The notes under the pieces are model-generated. The model was not told the origin of the DNA. It saw only the letters and a list, made by a program, of their open reading frames with translations, and did not search any database. Positions 8,459 through 18,493 of a stretch of 64,000 nt of DNA are shown in pieces. Made by a program: the position numbers and the translations under genes. Source of the stretch: a virus (Duplodnaviria; Caudoviricetes); IMG/VR virus record IMGVR_UViG_3300028833_000064, positions 64,001-128,000 of that record; one strand, 5' to 3'. The stretch's first letter is position 1. Each line of letters opens with the position of its first letter.

Positions 8459-8755
8459 TTAAAGTGTTAAGATGAATTTCCAAACATATTCGTGACCTGA
8501 AGAGGTTAAAATGGCATCAACTTTGGAGTATCCGGATTTTTTATACTTATCAACAAGTTCGTACACAAACTTTTCTTTGTGAGAACCGTGTATTGTGAAA
8601 GACCATTTTTTGGGAGGCATACCACAACGGCTCACCCGGATGTATTCTTCTACTCCTTTTCTTTCAGCGGACTCAACCTCTTTGTTGAAACAGTCTCTTT
8701 CAATTTCTTCATTGGTCACATAGACCATCTGAATGAATTGTTCAGGTGTTATCAT
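8459..8755 (-). CDS. hypothetical protein
   Basis: ORF downstream of a class II motif. Confidence 0.6.
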   Translation of the reverse strand: MITPEQFIQMVYVTNEEIERDCFNKEVESAERKGVEEYIRVSRCGMPPKKWSFTIHGSHKEKFVYELVDKYKKSGYSKVDAILTSSGHEYVWKFILTL

Positions 8756-8772
8756 ATCTTTAACTTTTTTAT

Positions 8773-8784
8773 AAAGATACTATT
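8773..8784 (-). promoter_or_regulatory. Class II promoter motif
   Basis: AATAGTATCTTT about 18 nt upstream of the 8755 start. Confidence 0.65.
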
Positions 8785-8800
8785 ATTTTTTTAAATAAAT

Positions 8801-8829
8801 AAAAAACCCCCGTCTCACGACGAGGGTTT
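8801..8829 (-). terminator. intrinsic terminator with GUGA tetraloop
   Basis: Minus strand AAACCCTCGTC-GTGA-GACGGGGGTTTTTT. Confidence 0.75.
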
Positions 8830-8855
8830 AAAAATATGAATAAAATTAATAGATA

Positions 8856-10676
8856 TTAATATGTTCCATTTTTATCAAATCGTTTCTCATACGAATTTAA
8901 GTCGCCGATAATCATATTGGTGGTTTCAACCAAATCGTTTACATCTTTTTGACGACCGTATGACTTTTTGGCATCGAAGATGTGTTTTACGTTGGCGATG
9001 TGAAAACCTTCCGAACATTTCAATTCACTGTCAAATTCCGAATCTGGTTCCTGCACCCATATGTTAAACTCGATATTGTTATATGGGAATATATATGGTT
9101 TATGTTTGATATGTGGAATTTTTATCTCTGGTTTTTGAGAAAACTGGAGTTTTTCAATTCCTCCATACATTTCAGTAAACACCTTTAGTTTATTTTCTGT
9201 TTCCTCATCACATTTTATTACAATATCGATGTCGTGGACGAATCTTCCAACGGGGAGAAGTCCTTGTTTCAAGAGGGCGATACTTCCAGTGACCATCACG
9301 TTTTCCGGAGATATTTTGAATCTTTTGGTAAAGGATGTAAGAGTTTTCAACATGAAGTCTGCATTTCTTTTTTGTGAGTCATAGAAGTTGTTCTTTGACT
9401 TTTCAATATCTTCCACCCTCTTTCTCTTGAAAAAGTTGTTTCGAAAACATATTGTGATATGTTTCACCCAATCTTCATCAACAGAATCACTGATGGTAGA
9501 ATTTTTACATTCGGTCTCCATCCTTTTAACCATATCTGATAGTCGAGCGTCAAGTTCCGAATACTTAAACTTACGTCTCCGGACATCGAGTAGGAAGTCA
9601 CGGTCTATGTTGGTTCTGTCGAGCAAGAGTCCCTTACCTTGTGCAATTTCTATGCACATTGCCACATTTCGAAAACAATGATACATATTCTTGACATCGT
9701 ACTTGTAATCTGGGTTTCCTTGTTTTTCGGCGACCATATTGGATTCGTAGCGTGCTTTGTTTCTCTTCTGCTTCCACTCCTCATACTCCTTGTATTTCCG
9801 GCAGTGTGTGCCGTATCCGTCGGCGTTATATGTCATCATGCAGATTGGTTCTTCCTCCTTTTGGGTCGAGCAAAGTCTGACTGTGTTAGACGTTCCGTCG
9901 TTGTTGATGATTCCACAATGACCTCCGAAAGGTTTTTCGGTCATCTTTACAACATAGTCAACCATGACACTGTATTCAGTCTGTTTTTGAAATCTATCCA
10001 TGAAATGAGAAACAGCGAACTTACCAAAACTTGTTTGTTTGTTTATCTCATCACCCATGTTTACGTTGGCGAGTCTCAGATGCTGACCGAAGTCATAGTA
10101 CATCAAGTAACAGTCTTTCATGTTCGTGAGGTTTGTCAGACCACAGCAATCTTGACGAAGACCGTTTCTTTTGAGCCATTCTTGGATGTTTATACTTCCT
10201 TGACGACCATCAAAGGTGAAACAGAAATCAAGTGGAGTCTTTCTCTCCATGTTCTCCATATCCCAATGAATTTTTTTCTCCTGTCCACGAGCCTTCTTTA
10301 CCTGAGATGAAGCGTATTCACCGAATGGTTTGAAACATTTCTTCGTTAAGAATTTGTAACCTATATTTCTGATATGTTCCTTGAACAACGGATGTTCATA
10401 CAGAATTTTATCATCGGGGACAAAAAAGGCTTCGAGTACTGCTGGGTTGGAATTCATGGCAAGTTTCATAAATTTGCCGAGTTCCCACCATTTGTTGTCG
10501 TTCTTCTCATCGGAGACTTCATCTTCGAAACCAAAGTCGAAATTGTTGTCCATGATATAAACTCCACCGGTGTCTATATCTGCACTTCCGTCGTCAAGAC
10601 TTGTGTTATATAGGTGACTTCCTCTCACATATTCAAAGAGAAGAAGACCTCTATTTCTTATATCTTCAAATGTCAT
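8856..10676 (-). CDS. RlaP/YcgL-like nucleotidyltransferase fused to a second Pol-beta-type NTase domain
   Basis: N-terminal RGSHLY..ADIDTGGVY, ELGKFMKLAMNSNP, YDVKNMYHCFR; C-terminal second GS...DxD motif (VTGSIAL..VHDIDIV). Confidence 0.75.
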   Translation of the reverse strand: MTFEDIRNRGLLLFEYVRGSHLYNTSLDDGSADIDTGGVYIMDNNFDFGFEDEVSDEKNDNKWWELGKFMKLAMNSNPAVLEAFFVPDDKILYEHPLFKEHIRNIGYKFLTKKCFKPFGEYASSQVKKARGQEKKIHWDMENMERKTPLDFCFTFDGRQGSINIQEWLKRNGLRQDCCGLTNLTNMKDCYLMYYDFGQHLRLANVNMGDEINKQTSFGKFAVSHFMDRFQKQTEYSVMVDYVVKMTEKPFGGHCGIINNDGTSNTVRLCSTQKEEEPICMMTYNADGYGTHCRKYKEYEEWKQKRNKARYESNMVAEKQGNPDYKYDVKNMYHCFRNVAMCIEIAQGKGLLLDRTNIDRDFLLDVRRRKFKYSELDARLSDMVKRMETECKNSTISDSVDEDWVKHITICFRNNFFKRKRVEDIEKSKNNFYDSQKRNADFMLKTLTSFTKRFKISPENVMVTGSIALLKQGLLPVGRFVHDIDIVIKCDEETENKLKVFTEMYGGIEKLQFSQKPEIKIPHIKHKPYIFPYNNIEFNIWVQEPDSEFDSELKCSEGFHIANVKHIFDAKKSYGRQKDVNDLVETTNMIIGDLNSYEKRFDKNGTY

Positions 10677-10680
10677 TGTC

Positions 10681-11115
10681 TTATTGTATTTGATTGACTA
10701 AAATATTTTTGAGAGTCTTTCTCATATTCGGAAAGTACCTGTCCAATGTTAGTCCGTATGTGAATCCATCCATTTCGGTCAAGGTGTTTCCGTAGTTGTC
10801 GACAAATGTCGACGTACATTTCATCTTCTTTAAGTCTGGTGTATCTTCGAGTTCTATATAGAAGATGTGGAGGTCTTTATTCTGATTGTACTTTTGTCTT
10901 CCACAATCTTTAAAGAACTTAACGTTCAAATCTTTATAATCAAGACCCGTCTCTTCTTTCAATTCACGACATGCAGTATCAAACGGGTCTTCACCATCTT
11001 CGACATGACCTTTGGGAATATCCCAAAAACCATTATCTACAGGTTTGGCCGTAGGGTGACATTGGAGATACCCAACAGGTGTCTTTATAAGGAATCCAGC
11101 ACTTAATTGTTTCAT
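10681..11115 (-). CDS. NUDIX hydrolase (T4 NudE-like)
   Basis: Nudix box PKGHVEDGEDPFDTACRELKEETGL. Confidence 0.9.
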   Translation of the reverse strand: MKQLSAGFLIKTPVGYLQCHPTAKPVDNGFWDIPKGHVEDGEDPFDTACRELKEETGLDYKDLNVKFFKDCGRQKYNQNKDLHIFYIELEDTPDLKKMKCTSTFVDNYGNTLTEMDGFTYGLTLDRYFPNMRKTLKNILVNQIQ

Positions 11116-11129
11116 TGTTTAGTGTTTAG

Positions 11130-11495
11130 TTATTTTTCGAGTTTTGTTATTTTTTCATTTAATTCTTTTATTTCTTTGTCTAATTTTTCATTCTGCAATT
11201 TGATTCTCAGAATACTGAGAATAGTCATATAGCATTTATGAAACATAGGTGTTTCTCGGCGTGTTTTTCTTGATACATAACAATATGCAATCATAATATT
11301 TATCTGTTCCTGGTCGAGGAACTTATACATCTTTGCTTTACCGAGTTGGTAACTTCTCTTGTACCAAAGATATGGGTATGGGTCTAGACCGAGGTGCATC
11401 CTTGAAATGTTACATTCTTTTGTTATTTCAAGGATGTTACTTTGTTTCACTCTTGGTAAATACGTGGTTTTCTTATGTTTTCTTATGTTTTTCAT
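11130..11495 (-). CDS. hypothetical basic protein
   Basis: Start MKNIRK at 11495 overlaps the upstream stop (ATGA). Confidence 0.6.
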   Translation of the reverse strand: MKNIRKHKKTTYLPRVKQSNILEITKECNISRMHLGLDPYPYLWYKRSYQLGKAKMYKFLDQEQINIMIAYCYVSRKTRRETPMFHKCYMTILSILRIKLQNEKLDKEIKELNEKITKLEK

Positions 11496-11768
11496 TTTAT
11501 GATTGTTGAATCTTCCCAAATTTTCTCTGGGGTCAAACCGAGTTCGTTTTTACTCCAATAAGGTGTGATTGTAACGATTTGTATGGCTTCGAGTTTGTTG
11601 AGTTTATTTTCGTTGCACTCAAAATTAACACGTACATCAGTGACCTCATTAAGACCACCCCAGAAATCAAAAGAGTTCGCCTTTTTTAAACACCCAATCG
11701 GTGTAGAACTGACCGACGATTCGGATGTTATCTTCGTAGTCTTTCCATCTAAACTGTATTATACTCAT
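11492..11768 (-). CDS. about 91-aa protein interrupted by a +1 frameshift at CTC TTT TGA (programmed, mutated or sequence error)
   Basis: Frame 0 MSIIQFRWKDYEDNIRIVGQFYTDWVFKKGELF-stop; the +1 frame continues DFWGGLNEV...STIIK and ends in an ATGA overlap with the next gene. Confidence 0.6.
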
Positions 11769-11783
11769 ATCTTTTTTTTTTTC

Positions 11784-11795
11784 AAAGATACTATT
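11784..11795 (-). promoter_or_regulatory. Class II promoter motif (here also a perfect TATCTTTG)
   Basis: AATAGTATCTTTG about 16 nt upstream of the ATG at 11768. Confidence 0.65.
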
Positions 11796-11809
11796 ATTTT
11801 TTTGAAAAA

Positions 11810-12994
11810 TCAAATTTCGAAAATATCTTTCATTTTTTCAATAAGGTCGAGGTTTTCCCAAGGAAAGTATTTTATTCCGTCTTTTACATAACTTTTTCTT
11901 CCGAAGTGACCGTACTTTGCTGTCTCGAGATAGATTGGGTTGAGTAATTGCAATTTATCGATGATACCTCTTGGTGTGAAATCGAAATGCTTATGGAGTC
12001 TGTCTGCAATTTCAGCATCACTTATATCGATTTTGCAAGTTCCGTTGGTATTCACAAAGATTGAGATGGGTTGTGCCATGCCGATTGCATACGACACTTG
12101 GATTGTAACCTCGTCTGCAATTCCGGCAGCGACAAGGTTCTTGGCGATATATCTGCAAAAGTATGCAGCGCTTCTATCGACTTTGGATGGGTCTTTACCA
12201 GAGAACGCTCCCCCGCCATGAGGGCAGTGACCACCATAGGTGTCGACGATAATCTTACGTCCGGTCAAACCGGTATCACCGTGTGGACCTCCGATTACAA
12301 ATCTACCCGTTGGGTTTATATATAATTTATAATCATTGAAAAGGTCTGATACCCAAGATGGTACATCTTTTCGTACAATCAAGATTGCTTCTTGTATCAA
12401 TTCTCCGAGAACTTCCATAGAAAGTTTAGGAGAATGCTGTTGGGATATGATGATTGTATCGATTTTTACAGGTTTGTTGTTATCGTCATATTCTATGGTG
12501 ACTTGTGATTTGGCATCGGGGCGTAATCCGATTTCAGGATAGTTACGTCTCAACGTCTCCATTGTTTGGAGAAGTTTATGTGAGAGCATTATCTCAAGTG
12601 GCATATACTCTATTCCATCCTTGATGGCGTATCCGAACATTATACCTTGGTCTCCGGCACCTTGGTTGGGTTTGTTTACTCCTATGGCGATGTCGGGTGA
12701 CTGCTCGTGTATTGTGTTGATGACTGCACAGGAATGTCCGTCGAAATACAAATCTCCGTTGTCATATCCGATGTCTATGATTGTGTCTCTTACGGTTTTC
12801 TGTATATCGATATAACCGGTGGTCGTTACTTCACCGGAGACTACGGCGAGACCCGTTGTAACGAGTGTTTCACAGGCGACATGGGCGTTATTGTCTTGTT
12901 TCAACATTTCGTCAAGTATGGCATCAGATATTTGGTCTGCAACTTTGTCTGGGTGTCCGGACGACACTGATTCTGAAGTAAAAAATTTTGACAT
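11810..12994 (-). CDS. metK: S-adenosylmethionine synthetase
   Basis: [52 protein letters not shown]. Confidence 0.98.
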   Translation of the reverse strand: MSKFFTSESVSSGHPDKVADQISDAILDEMLKQDNNAHVACETLVTTGLAVVSGEVTTTGYIDIQKTVRDTIIDIGYDNGDLYFDGHSCAVINTIHEQSPDIAIGVNKPNQGAGDQGIMFGYAIKDGIEYMPLEIMLSHKLLQTMETLRRNYPEIGLRPDAKSQVTIEYDDNNKPVKIDTIIISQQHSPKLSMEVLGELIQEAILIVRKDVPSWVSDLFNDYKLYINPTGRFVIGGPHGDTGLTGRKIIVDTYGGHCPHGGGAFSGKDPSKVDRSAAYFCRYIAKNLVAAGIADEVTIQVSYAIGMAQPISIFVNTNGTCKIDISDAEIADRLHKHFDFTPRGIIDKLQLLNPIYLETAKYGHFGRKSYVKDGIKYFPWENLDLIEKMKDIFEI

Positions 12995-13000
12995 TATTCT

Positions 13001-13183
13001 TTATTCTTTATGTGGTTTTATTTCATACACATCGTCAGAGCAATCTTGATAAGATTCCTTTATCTTCTGATGTTTTACTCTTTTGGCCTCAGAGTGTGAT
13101 TCGAAAGTACAGACGTATATTCCGTTTTCAAATAAATCATACCATTTTGGTTTATAGAGTTCTTGTTTTTCTTCTTTAGTCAT
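13001..13183 (-). CDS. hypothetical protein
   Basis: Likely start MTKEEK at 13183. Confidence 0.55.
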   Translation of the reverse strand: MTKEEKQELYKPKWYDLFENGIYVCTFESHSEAKRVKHQKIKESYQDCSDDVYEIKPHKE

Positions 13184-13433
13184 TTGTGTTGTTTTCGTTA
13201 GAAATGTGATAAAGACCATCATCACCCTTGAATAGATAACGAGTATCATAACGTTTCGGAAACATCACCGAACTTGGTGACACATTGTCTAGATATGAAA
13301 TACCCCAATGCTCATCATTGAGGTTACGACCCGCTACCATAAGGACCAGTTGATGGAGGTCACTCCATCTTTGGGGACCGTTTGCTGCAACAAAGTTGCA
13401 AATAATTTTATGAATATTGTGTTTCTGTCTCAT
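13176..13433 (-). CDS. hypothetical protein
   Basis: Start at 13433 in an ATGA overlap with the upstream gene. Confidence 0.55.
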   Translation of the reverse strand: MRQKHNIHKIICNFVAANGPQRWSDLHQLVLMVAGRNLNDEHWGISYLDNVSPSSVMFPKRYDTRYLFKGDDGLYHISNENNTND

Positions 13434-13723
13434 TTTAGATATGGTATTATATTCCAACTATTTTTTGATATTTTAATAAATTTCCCAGTATCTTTATTCA
13501 ATACTTTTAAATCTGGGCTCACACAACCTGGTCGGTATAATATATTGAAATTATACTTAATGGTTTTTAATTCATATATATAATAACTATCATTATGACC
13601 TATTCTCTTAATGTCATTAGTGTTTTTGAAAATTTCGTTCCACACTTCATCATTCTTTCTTTTTAAGTGTAATAGGTAGAAGATTATGACTAAAAATAAT
13701 AATACTATAATTACAAATAACAT
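13430..13723 (-). CDS. membrane-anchored hypothetical protein
   Basis: N-terminal TM helix. Confidence 0.55.
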   Translation of the reverse strand: MLFVIIVLLFLVIIFYLLHLKRKNDEVWNEIFKNTNDIKRIGHNDSYYIYELKTIKYNFNILYRPGCVSPDLKVLNKDTGKFIKISKNSWNIIPYLK

Positions 13724-13735
13724 TTCAACCTCCTT

Positions 13736-14029
13736 TTATAAAGAATTTGTGATTACTGAACAAAGATTAAAAGTACTTGTTGTATGACAACGAATTCTCG
13801 CTTCCATGTCTTGACATTCTTTTCCGAAAGGACATTCTGAACATCCCATTTGATAAAAATACTGTTGGATAGTATTTTTAGAAATTTGAACACCTTCAAC
13901 AGAATATACTTTTTTGGAATTTTCGTTGTACGTGTTGAGTTCTTTTTGGTGATTTTCAGCAAGTGCTTCATCTGTGAATTGTTTTCCATCTGAAGTTTCA
14001 AATATTGTTTTGATTTTAAGTTCTTTCAT
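13736..14029 (-). CDS. hypothetical protein
   Basis: FETSDGKQF..ALAENHQ phage-type motif; Cys cluster. Confidence 0.6.
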   Translation of the reverse strand: MKELKIKTIFETSDGKQFTDEALAENHQKELNTYNENSKKVYSVEGVQISKNTIQQYFYQMGCSECPFGKECQDMEARIRCHTTSTFNLCSVITNSL

Positions 14030-14037
14030 GTTATTTT

Positions 14038-14481
14038 TTATTTTAGTTCTTTTATCATATAATAATGGTCATTATCAGAATGGTTATAACCCATTTGTTC
14101 CCAAAATCTTTTTGATATTCCGTAGTCATCATTTTCATCACGATGCTGTAAGATAATGAAATCAACCGGAGTTTTTTCTAGGTACTCTATCATTAATTTA
14201 CCATATCCTTGATGTCTGAATTTCCTTGACACTTCAAACGCTTCAATATACATACAGTATTTGGGTAAGGGTATTTGTAAATCGGTAAAAACATTGAAGA
14301 GAAAAAAGAAATCAAAATCTTCAATCATTATACTCACCCCACCGACAAATTGTCCCTTTTCGTTGTAAAACTCTATTTTTTTACGTATGTCTGAATTGAC
14401 ACCGTTGAACAAAACATCGGGGCAGTGCCTTATGGCTTCTATTGAAAACGTGTCAACTTTTTTTGGAAAGATTTTCATCAC
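14038..14481 (-). CDS. GNAT family acetyltransferase
   Basis: YIEAFEVSRKFRHQGYGKLMI (motif A), RFWEQMGY. Confidence 0.8.
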   Translation of the reverse strand: MMKIFPKKVDTFSIEAIRHCPDVLFNGVNSDIRKKIEFYNEKGQFVGGVSIMIEDFDFFFLFNVFTDLQIPLPKYCMYIEAFEVSRKFRHQGYGKLMIEYLEKTPVDFIILQHRDENDDYGISKRFWEQMGYNHSDNDHYYMIKELK

Positions 14482-15299
14482 TCATCTATTAAGTCTTTTT
14501 CACGAAGTATGTCGTACAGTTTTTTAACGTCGAGACGGTATCTTGACTTGTACTCGGTTCCTCCATAGTAATCTGATAACCAAAATTCATCGATGTCTAC
14601 ACACTCGGAGAAAATTTTCTTGTATTGCAAGAACGTTATTGTTGGACAAATCTTTTCAAGTAATTCATCAAACTCTTCAAATGATTCTGGTTGTTCGTCT
14701 GGTTCTATGGTTTCTTCATAACCACCCCACGAACATAATGTTCCACCACGTGACCATTCCTTACTATATATATATTTTCCATTATCGTTGTCAATCAATG
14801 GTAAAAAGTTGTTGTTCCAGTTATTGTCCTTGAAAACATATCTGTGTTTGAACGAAAGATGAACATTTTTGTCCATATTATAGACAAATCCTCTTATTCT
14901 GTCTTCATCAACTTCCTCGAATTGGATATTGTTGATTGTTACAGAAACATTTCTGCCGTCTGCTCTACGGTTGATGTTTTCACGACAAGCATCTCTGTCT
15001 TCGTTCCAGTAGACAATCGTCAAATCGTGTCTAGCACCACCACATCTTTCAAAAAAATCGTGGGTTTCCTTTATGATGTCTTCTAGTTTTTTCTGTGTCG
15101 TTATAAGTGAGTCTATTACCAAGTTTCGTTTTAAGATACCCTTCAAACTGGATAAGACTTCACTGATTGGTTTGTACTTTCCATCGACAATGTAGTCGTC
15201 CATATGAACGATGGTAGTCCAGTCGTTCTCTAATCTTTTCGTATAGAACGTCTTTCCACTACCTGGTAGACCGTATAATATTGTTATATTCTTTGGCAT
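14478..15299 (-). CDS. P-loop kinase (AAA_33/polynucleotide kinase-like) with C-terminal domain of unknown function
   Basis: ILYGLPGSGKT, LVIDS, ACRENINRR lid. Confidence 0.7.
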   Translation of the reverse strand: MPKNITILYGLPGSGKTFYTKRLENDWTTIVHMDDYIVDGKYKPISEVLSSLKGILKRNLVIDSLITTQKKLEDIIKETHDFFERCGGARHDLTIVYWNEDRDACRENINRRADGRNVSVTINNIQFEEVDEDRIRGFVYNMDKNVHLSFKHRYVFKDNNWNNNFLPLIDNDNGKYIYSKEWSRGGTLCSWGGYEETIEPDEQPESFEEFDELLEKICPTITFLQYKKIFSECVDIDEFWLSDYYGGTEYKSRYRLDVKKLYDILREKDLIDE

Positions 15300-15301
15300 A
15301 G

Positions 15302-16462
15302 TTATTCCTCTCTTTCTTCTTTTTTTCTTTTTATAGTTTCAAGTATGATTTCTGCAAACTTTATGTGCTCGTCATAGTTTACATCTTGTGAATGGTGTGT
15401 TGCATCCCCCCAAGTGAGTTGTAGTGACCAGAGTCCTCTTATCAAGGCGGCGATTTCAATAACTTCTTTTCTATATTTTGGACGGAAGTGTTCAAGAGAA
15501 TCCTCAAATTGACAAAGAATAAGTTCCGGCAATAGTATATAGTCTTGGTAGAAAAGTCCGTGAAATGGTTTTCGAATAAATGTGTACTCATAGTTGTTTT
15601 GCTTTCTACCATCACCATCACTTCCAGACGCCAAAAGAGTCGTTATTATGAAATCACGAACTTCTTTATCCTCTACATTACCATACTTTTTCAAAAGTTC
15701 ATTTTTTTTCTCCTCATCGTTGAACAGTATACTTTCTCGTTCCAACACAAATTCTAGGAATGATTTCCTATACTGCTCTGGAACCTCAACACCAATTGTT
15801 GAGCACAGTTCCTTTAAGTTTCTAATGGTTTTTCCATAATCATTAAAATTCTCCGGCAACCACACATAACACCGTTCCTTTAACATGGGAAGTGAATCGT
15901 GAGTCCAGTCAATTATCTCATAGTCGTGGTCATCTTTTCCAACACAATTTTTCTTATATCCGAGACTTTCGATGATTTCATGGGGTATTCTCCAAAATTC
16001 ATGGTCTTCGAGCATCTCATTTCCTACCGATACAAGATAGTCGAAAATATTCTCATGTTCCATGATAAAATCAAAAGTAATGTCGAAGTCTTTTCTATAG
16101 TTTAACTGTGCTTTGAAAAAATTTGTTTCTTTTATCTTTCTGATGATATCTTCCATTTTTTGTGAAAACGGTTCTCTATTTGAACGGTCATCACTTATAC
16201 TATTGACTATACTTTCGATATTCATTCCACAGAAAAAAGTTTCAAGACGTTTGACACCGGGTGTCATATCTACATTCTCAATTCCACCATAGTCGTTATA
16301 CTCTCCTCGAATTGGGACAGATATTGGTGTGAATGAATAACCTGGTGAAAATTCATCGGGTTCATTCATTGTGGTTGGCCGTATACCGACAATGACAACT
16401 ATTCTGTCACCATAAGTGATAGGTAAGTTTGAAAAATTTGCCGTAAAATTAAAACATCCCAT
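15302..16462 (-). CDS. hypothetical protein (MGCFN... N-terminus)
   Basis: 386-aa ORF containing PIRGEYNDYG; downstream of a class II motif. Confidence 0.7.
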   Translation of the reverse strand: MGCFNFTANFSNLPITYGDRIVVIVGIRPTTMNEPDEFSPGYSFTPISVPIRGEYNDYGGIENVDMTPGVKRLETFFCGMNIESIVNSISDDRSNREPFSQKMEDIIRKIKETNFFKAQLNYRKDFDITFDFIMEHENIFDYLVSVGNEMLEDHEFWRIPHEIIESLGYKKNCVGKDDHDYEIIDWTHDSLPMLKERCYVWLPENFNDYGKTIRNLKELCSTIGVEVPEQYRKSFLEFVLERESILFNDEEKKNELLKKYGNVEDKEVRDFIITTLLASGSDGDGRKQNNYEYTFIRKPFHGLFYQDYILLPELILCQFEDSLEHFRPKYRKEVIEIAALIRGLWSLQLTWGDATHHSQDVNYDEHIKFAEIILETIKRKKEEREE

Positions 16463-16478
16463 TTGTTAATCTTTTTTT

Positions 16479-16490
16479 AAAGATACTATT
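16479..16490 (-). promoter_or_regulatory. Class II promoter motif
   Basis: AATAGTATCTTT about 17 nt upstream of the 16462 start. Confidence 0.65.
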
Positions 16491-16511
16491 TTTTATTGAA
16501 AAATAAAAAAA

Positions 16512-17600
16512 TTATACCTTTGGACTATCGTTGGTTATTACTTTCGAAAAAGATTTCTTGAACTCACTCTCTCTGTCCATCTCATCACAATGTGTGATTT
16601 CAACAATATAACTCTCTTCTCCACAATCTTCTTCAATCCTTTCTTTTAGTTCTCCAATATCAAGTTTAGAGTATTTGAACTCACCTTGTCCATCGTTAAA
16701 ATGATTTGTCCGGTCTTCTTTGATTCCAGTTGATATTACTGCTCGGTTTAACTGTGAAAACTCACCGTCACCATGTCGTGTAAGGTATGGTCTTGTTACA
16801 TAGTGTAGAAGAGTGTTGCAATTTTTTTCGGTCAATCCCATTTGATTCATTATTATTTTTGAATAACTTATTCCAGTATCTGATGGGGTTGTATCATAAG
16901 TATCTTTACCAGTGTCTTTTAAAAGTAACCCTTGACCATTTTCGAAAATAAAGTTGTCAAATTTAAATAGTCTTTCACTCTCTGCTGAAACGGGAACAGT
17001 GTTCTCGAACATGAATGTGCAGTCATTGATGAAGTGCCAAACTAGATTTGGGTCGTTCCATATTTTTTTCCATCCATCGGGTATGGTTATCTTTTTTTCG
17101 TAGTAACTCTTGACTTTCATCAAGTAGTCAAATCTCATCCGAACAGGAATATCATCACAAAAGTGGTCGAAACCCATTGTTGATGTTTCTTTGTATCTTG
17201 TGATTGTGTTCCATATTCCCATCCGACAGGAAGCGTGGGAACCTTTTAGTTCCTCCATTATAGAGTTTGCAATCATATCGAATGGGGTCGACCAGCGACA
17301 ATTTACGTCACGATAAGTCACAACCGGTTTAACAACCAACTCGTTCCATTCTTTTACAAATTGCATTGGGTTCAATATGAAAAAAGAAGAATAGTAGTTG
17401 GCTGCCCCGTAATATGTTCCGGAACCGAAGTGTTGAAAGGTGTGTTCTCCAACATCTGTTATCACGGAATGACCTCTTTGGGAACCTCCGTTTGTTAAGA
17501 TATTAAGGACTTTTTCACTTTCTTTGGTGTATTTCGCCACCACAGTTCCCTTTCCTTCGTCACCGTTGTTGCTGCCGACTACTATTCTTGCTGTTTTCAT
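16512..17600 (-). CDS. divergent adenylosuccinate synthetase (PurA)-family ligase
   Basis: GSNNGDEGKG, NGGSQRGHSV, FENGQGLLL, YLTRHGDG, ITHCDE; the canonical TTGRxR aspartate loop is absent. Confidence 0.8.
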   Translation of the reverse strand: MKTARIVVGSNNGDEGKGTVVAKYTKESEKVLNILTNGGSQRGHSVITDVGEHTFQHFGSGTYYGAANYYSSFFILNPMQFVKEWNELVVKPVVTYRDVNCRWSTPFDMIANSIMEELKGSHASCRMGIWNTITRYKETSTMGFDHFCDDIPVRMRFDYLMKVKSYYEKKITIPDGWKKIWNDPNLVWHFINDCTFMFENTVPVSAESERLFKFDNFIFENGQGLLLKDTGKDTYDTTPSDTGISYSKIIMNQMGLTEKNCNTLLHYVTRPYLTRHGDGEFSQLNRAVISTGIKEDRTNHFNDGQGEFKYSKLDIGELKERIEEDCGEESYIVEITHCDEMDRESEFKKSFSKVITNDSPKV

Positions 17601-17612
17601 TTGTTTGTTATT

Positions 17613-18491
17613 TTACCAAGTAATTTCACCGTTCTCGTTAATCATATTTTGAGCAGGAACGGTTTCATTTAAATTTGAACTACCTTCAATGGATTCATCA
17701 ATACATTCTTCAATTGTTTTTGACAAATTATTGATAGTAGAAACTTTAAGTCTATCTCCAAGTATTTGACCGAATGTGTTTTCAATTCCATTTTTATGAT
17801 GATAATATGAATTTGCATTATCGTCAACAGCAATATGGAAAACATCAAACTTTTCAATCACTGACTTATAGAGTTCCGGAGTTTCGATATCATTTTGTTC
17901 AGTCGAACCAATGATATTGTTAAGTTGTTTTTTGGGCAAATAAGGATTAAGTTCCTCGTCACCCATGGTGATAATGATACCCTTACGACCTTGTTCGTTG
18001 GCGTCGAGTTTGGTACGATTCAGTCCCATGTACCATGCTGCCGTGTAACTTTCGAAAGAATTGCCACCGCCGCCTTTTTCCATATAGATTTTGTCGAGAC
18101 TCTCGGCAATTCTTACATCACTCTCGAACTGAGACATCTGAATCGGTGCTTCATCATAGGCGAGGTCTCCAATACCCATCACACAAAATTCGATATCCTT
18201 ATACTTTTTGTATAAGTTAGACATAATCACTCCGAGAGCTTCGGCACACTCCTTACACGAGTTACCCATACTTCCTGTCACATCAAGCGCCAAGATTACT
18301 GGAATGGTATTAGGGTGTTCGTCAGAATTGACACACTCACGAATGGAGAATTTACATGGGTCGAGACTTGGGTCAAGGTATCTCATGGTGTATTCTTGAC
18401 CGGATACTCTACCCGATGAGGTGTCATAACTTTTGCCCAACGATGTACTGTAAATAGCATATGCTTTGGTTGACCAAGTTCCTGAACCCAT
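17613..18491 (-). CDS. von Willebrand factor A domain protein
   Basis: MIDAS-like ILALDVTGSM, GIGD, GGGGNSFESY, IITMGDE. Confidence 0.8.
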   Translation of the reverse strand: MGSGTWSTKAYAIYSTSLGKSYDTSSGRVSGQEYTMRYLDPSLDPCKFSIRECVNSDEHPNTIPVILALDVTGSMGNSCKECAEALGVIMSNLYKKYKDIEFCVMGIGDLAYDEAPIQMSQFESDVRIAESLDKIYMEKGGGGNSFESYTAAWYMGLNRTKLDANEQGRKGIIITMGDEELNPYLPKKQLNNIIGSTEQNDIETPELYKSVIEKFDVFHIAVDDNANSYYHHKNGIENTFGQILGDRLKVSTINNLSKTIEECIDESIEGSSNLNETVPAQNMINENGEITW

Positions 18492-18493
18492 AC

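Noticed and set aside
16512-17600. PurZ / Z-genome pathway
   Set aside because: It keeps the PurA Asp in GDEGKG rather than the PurZ Ser, and no clear DatZ/MazZ neighbours are adjacent
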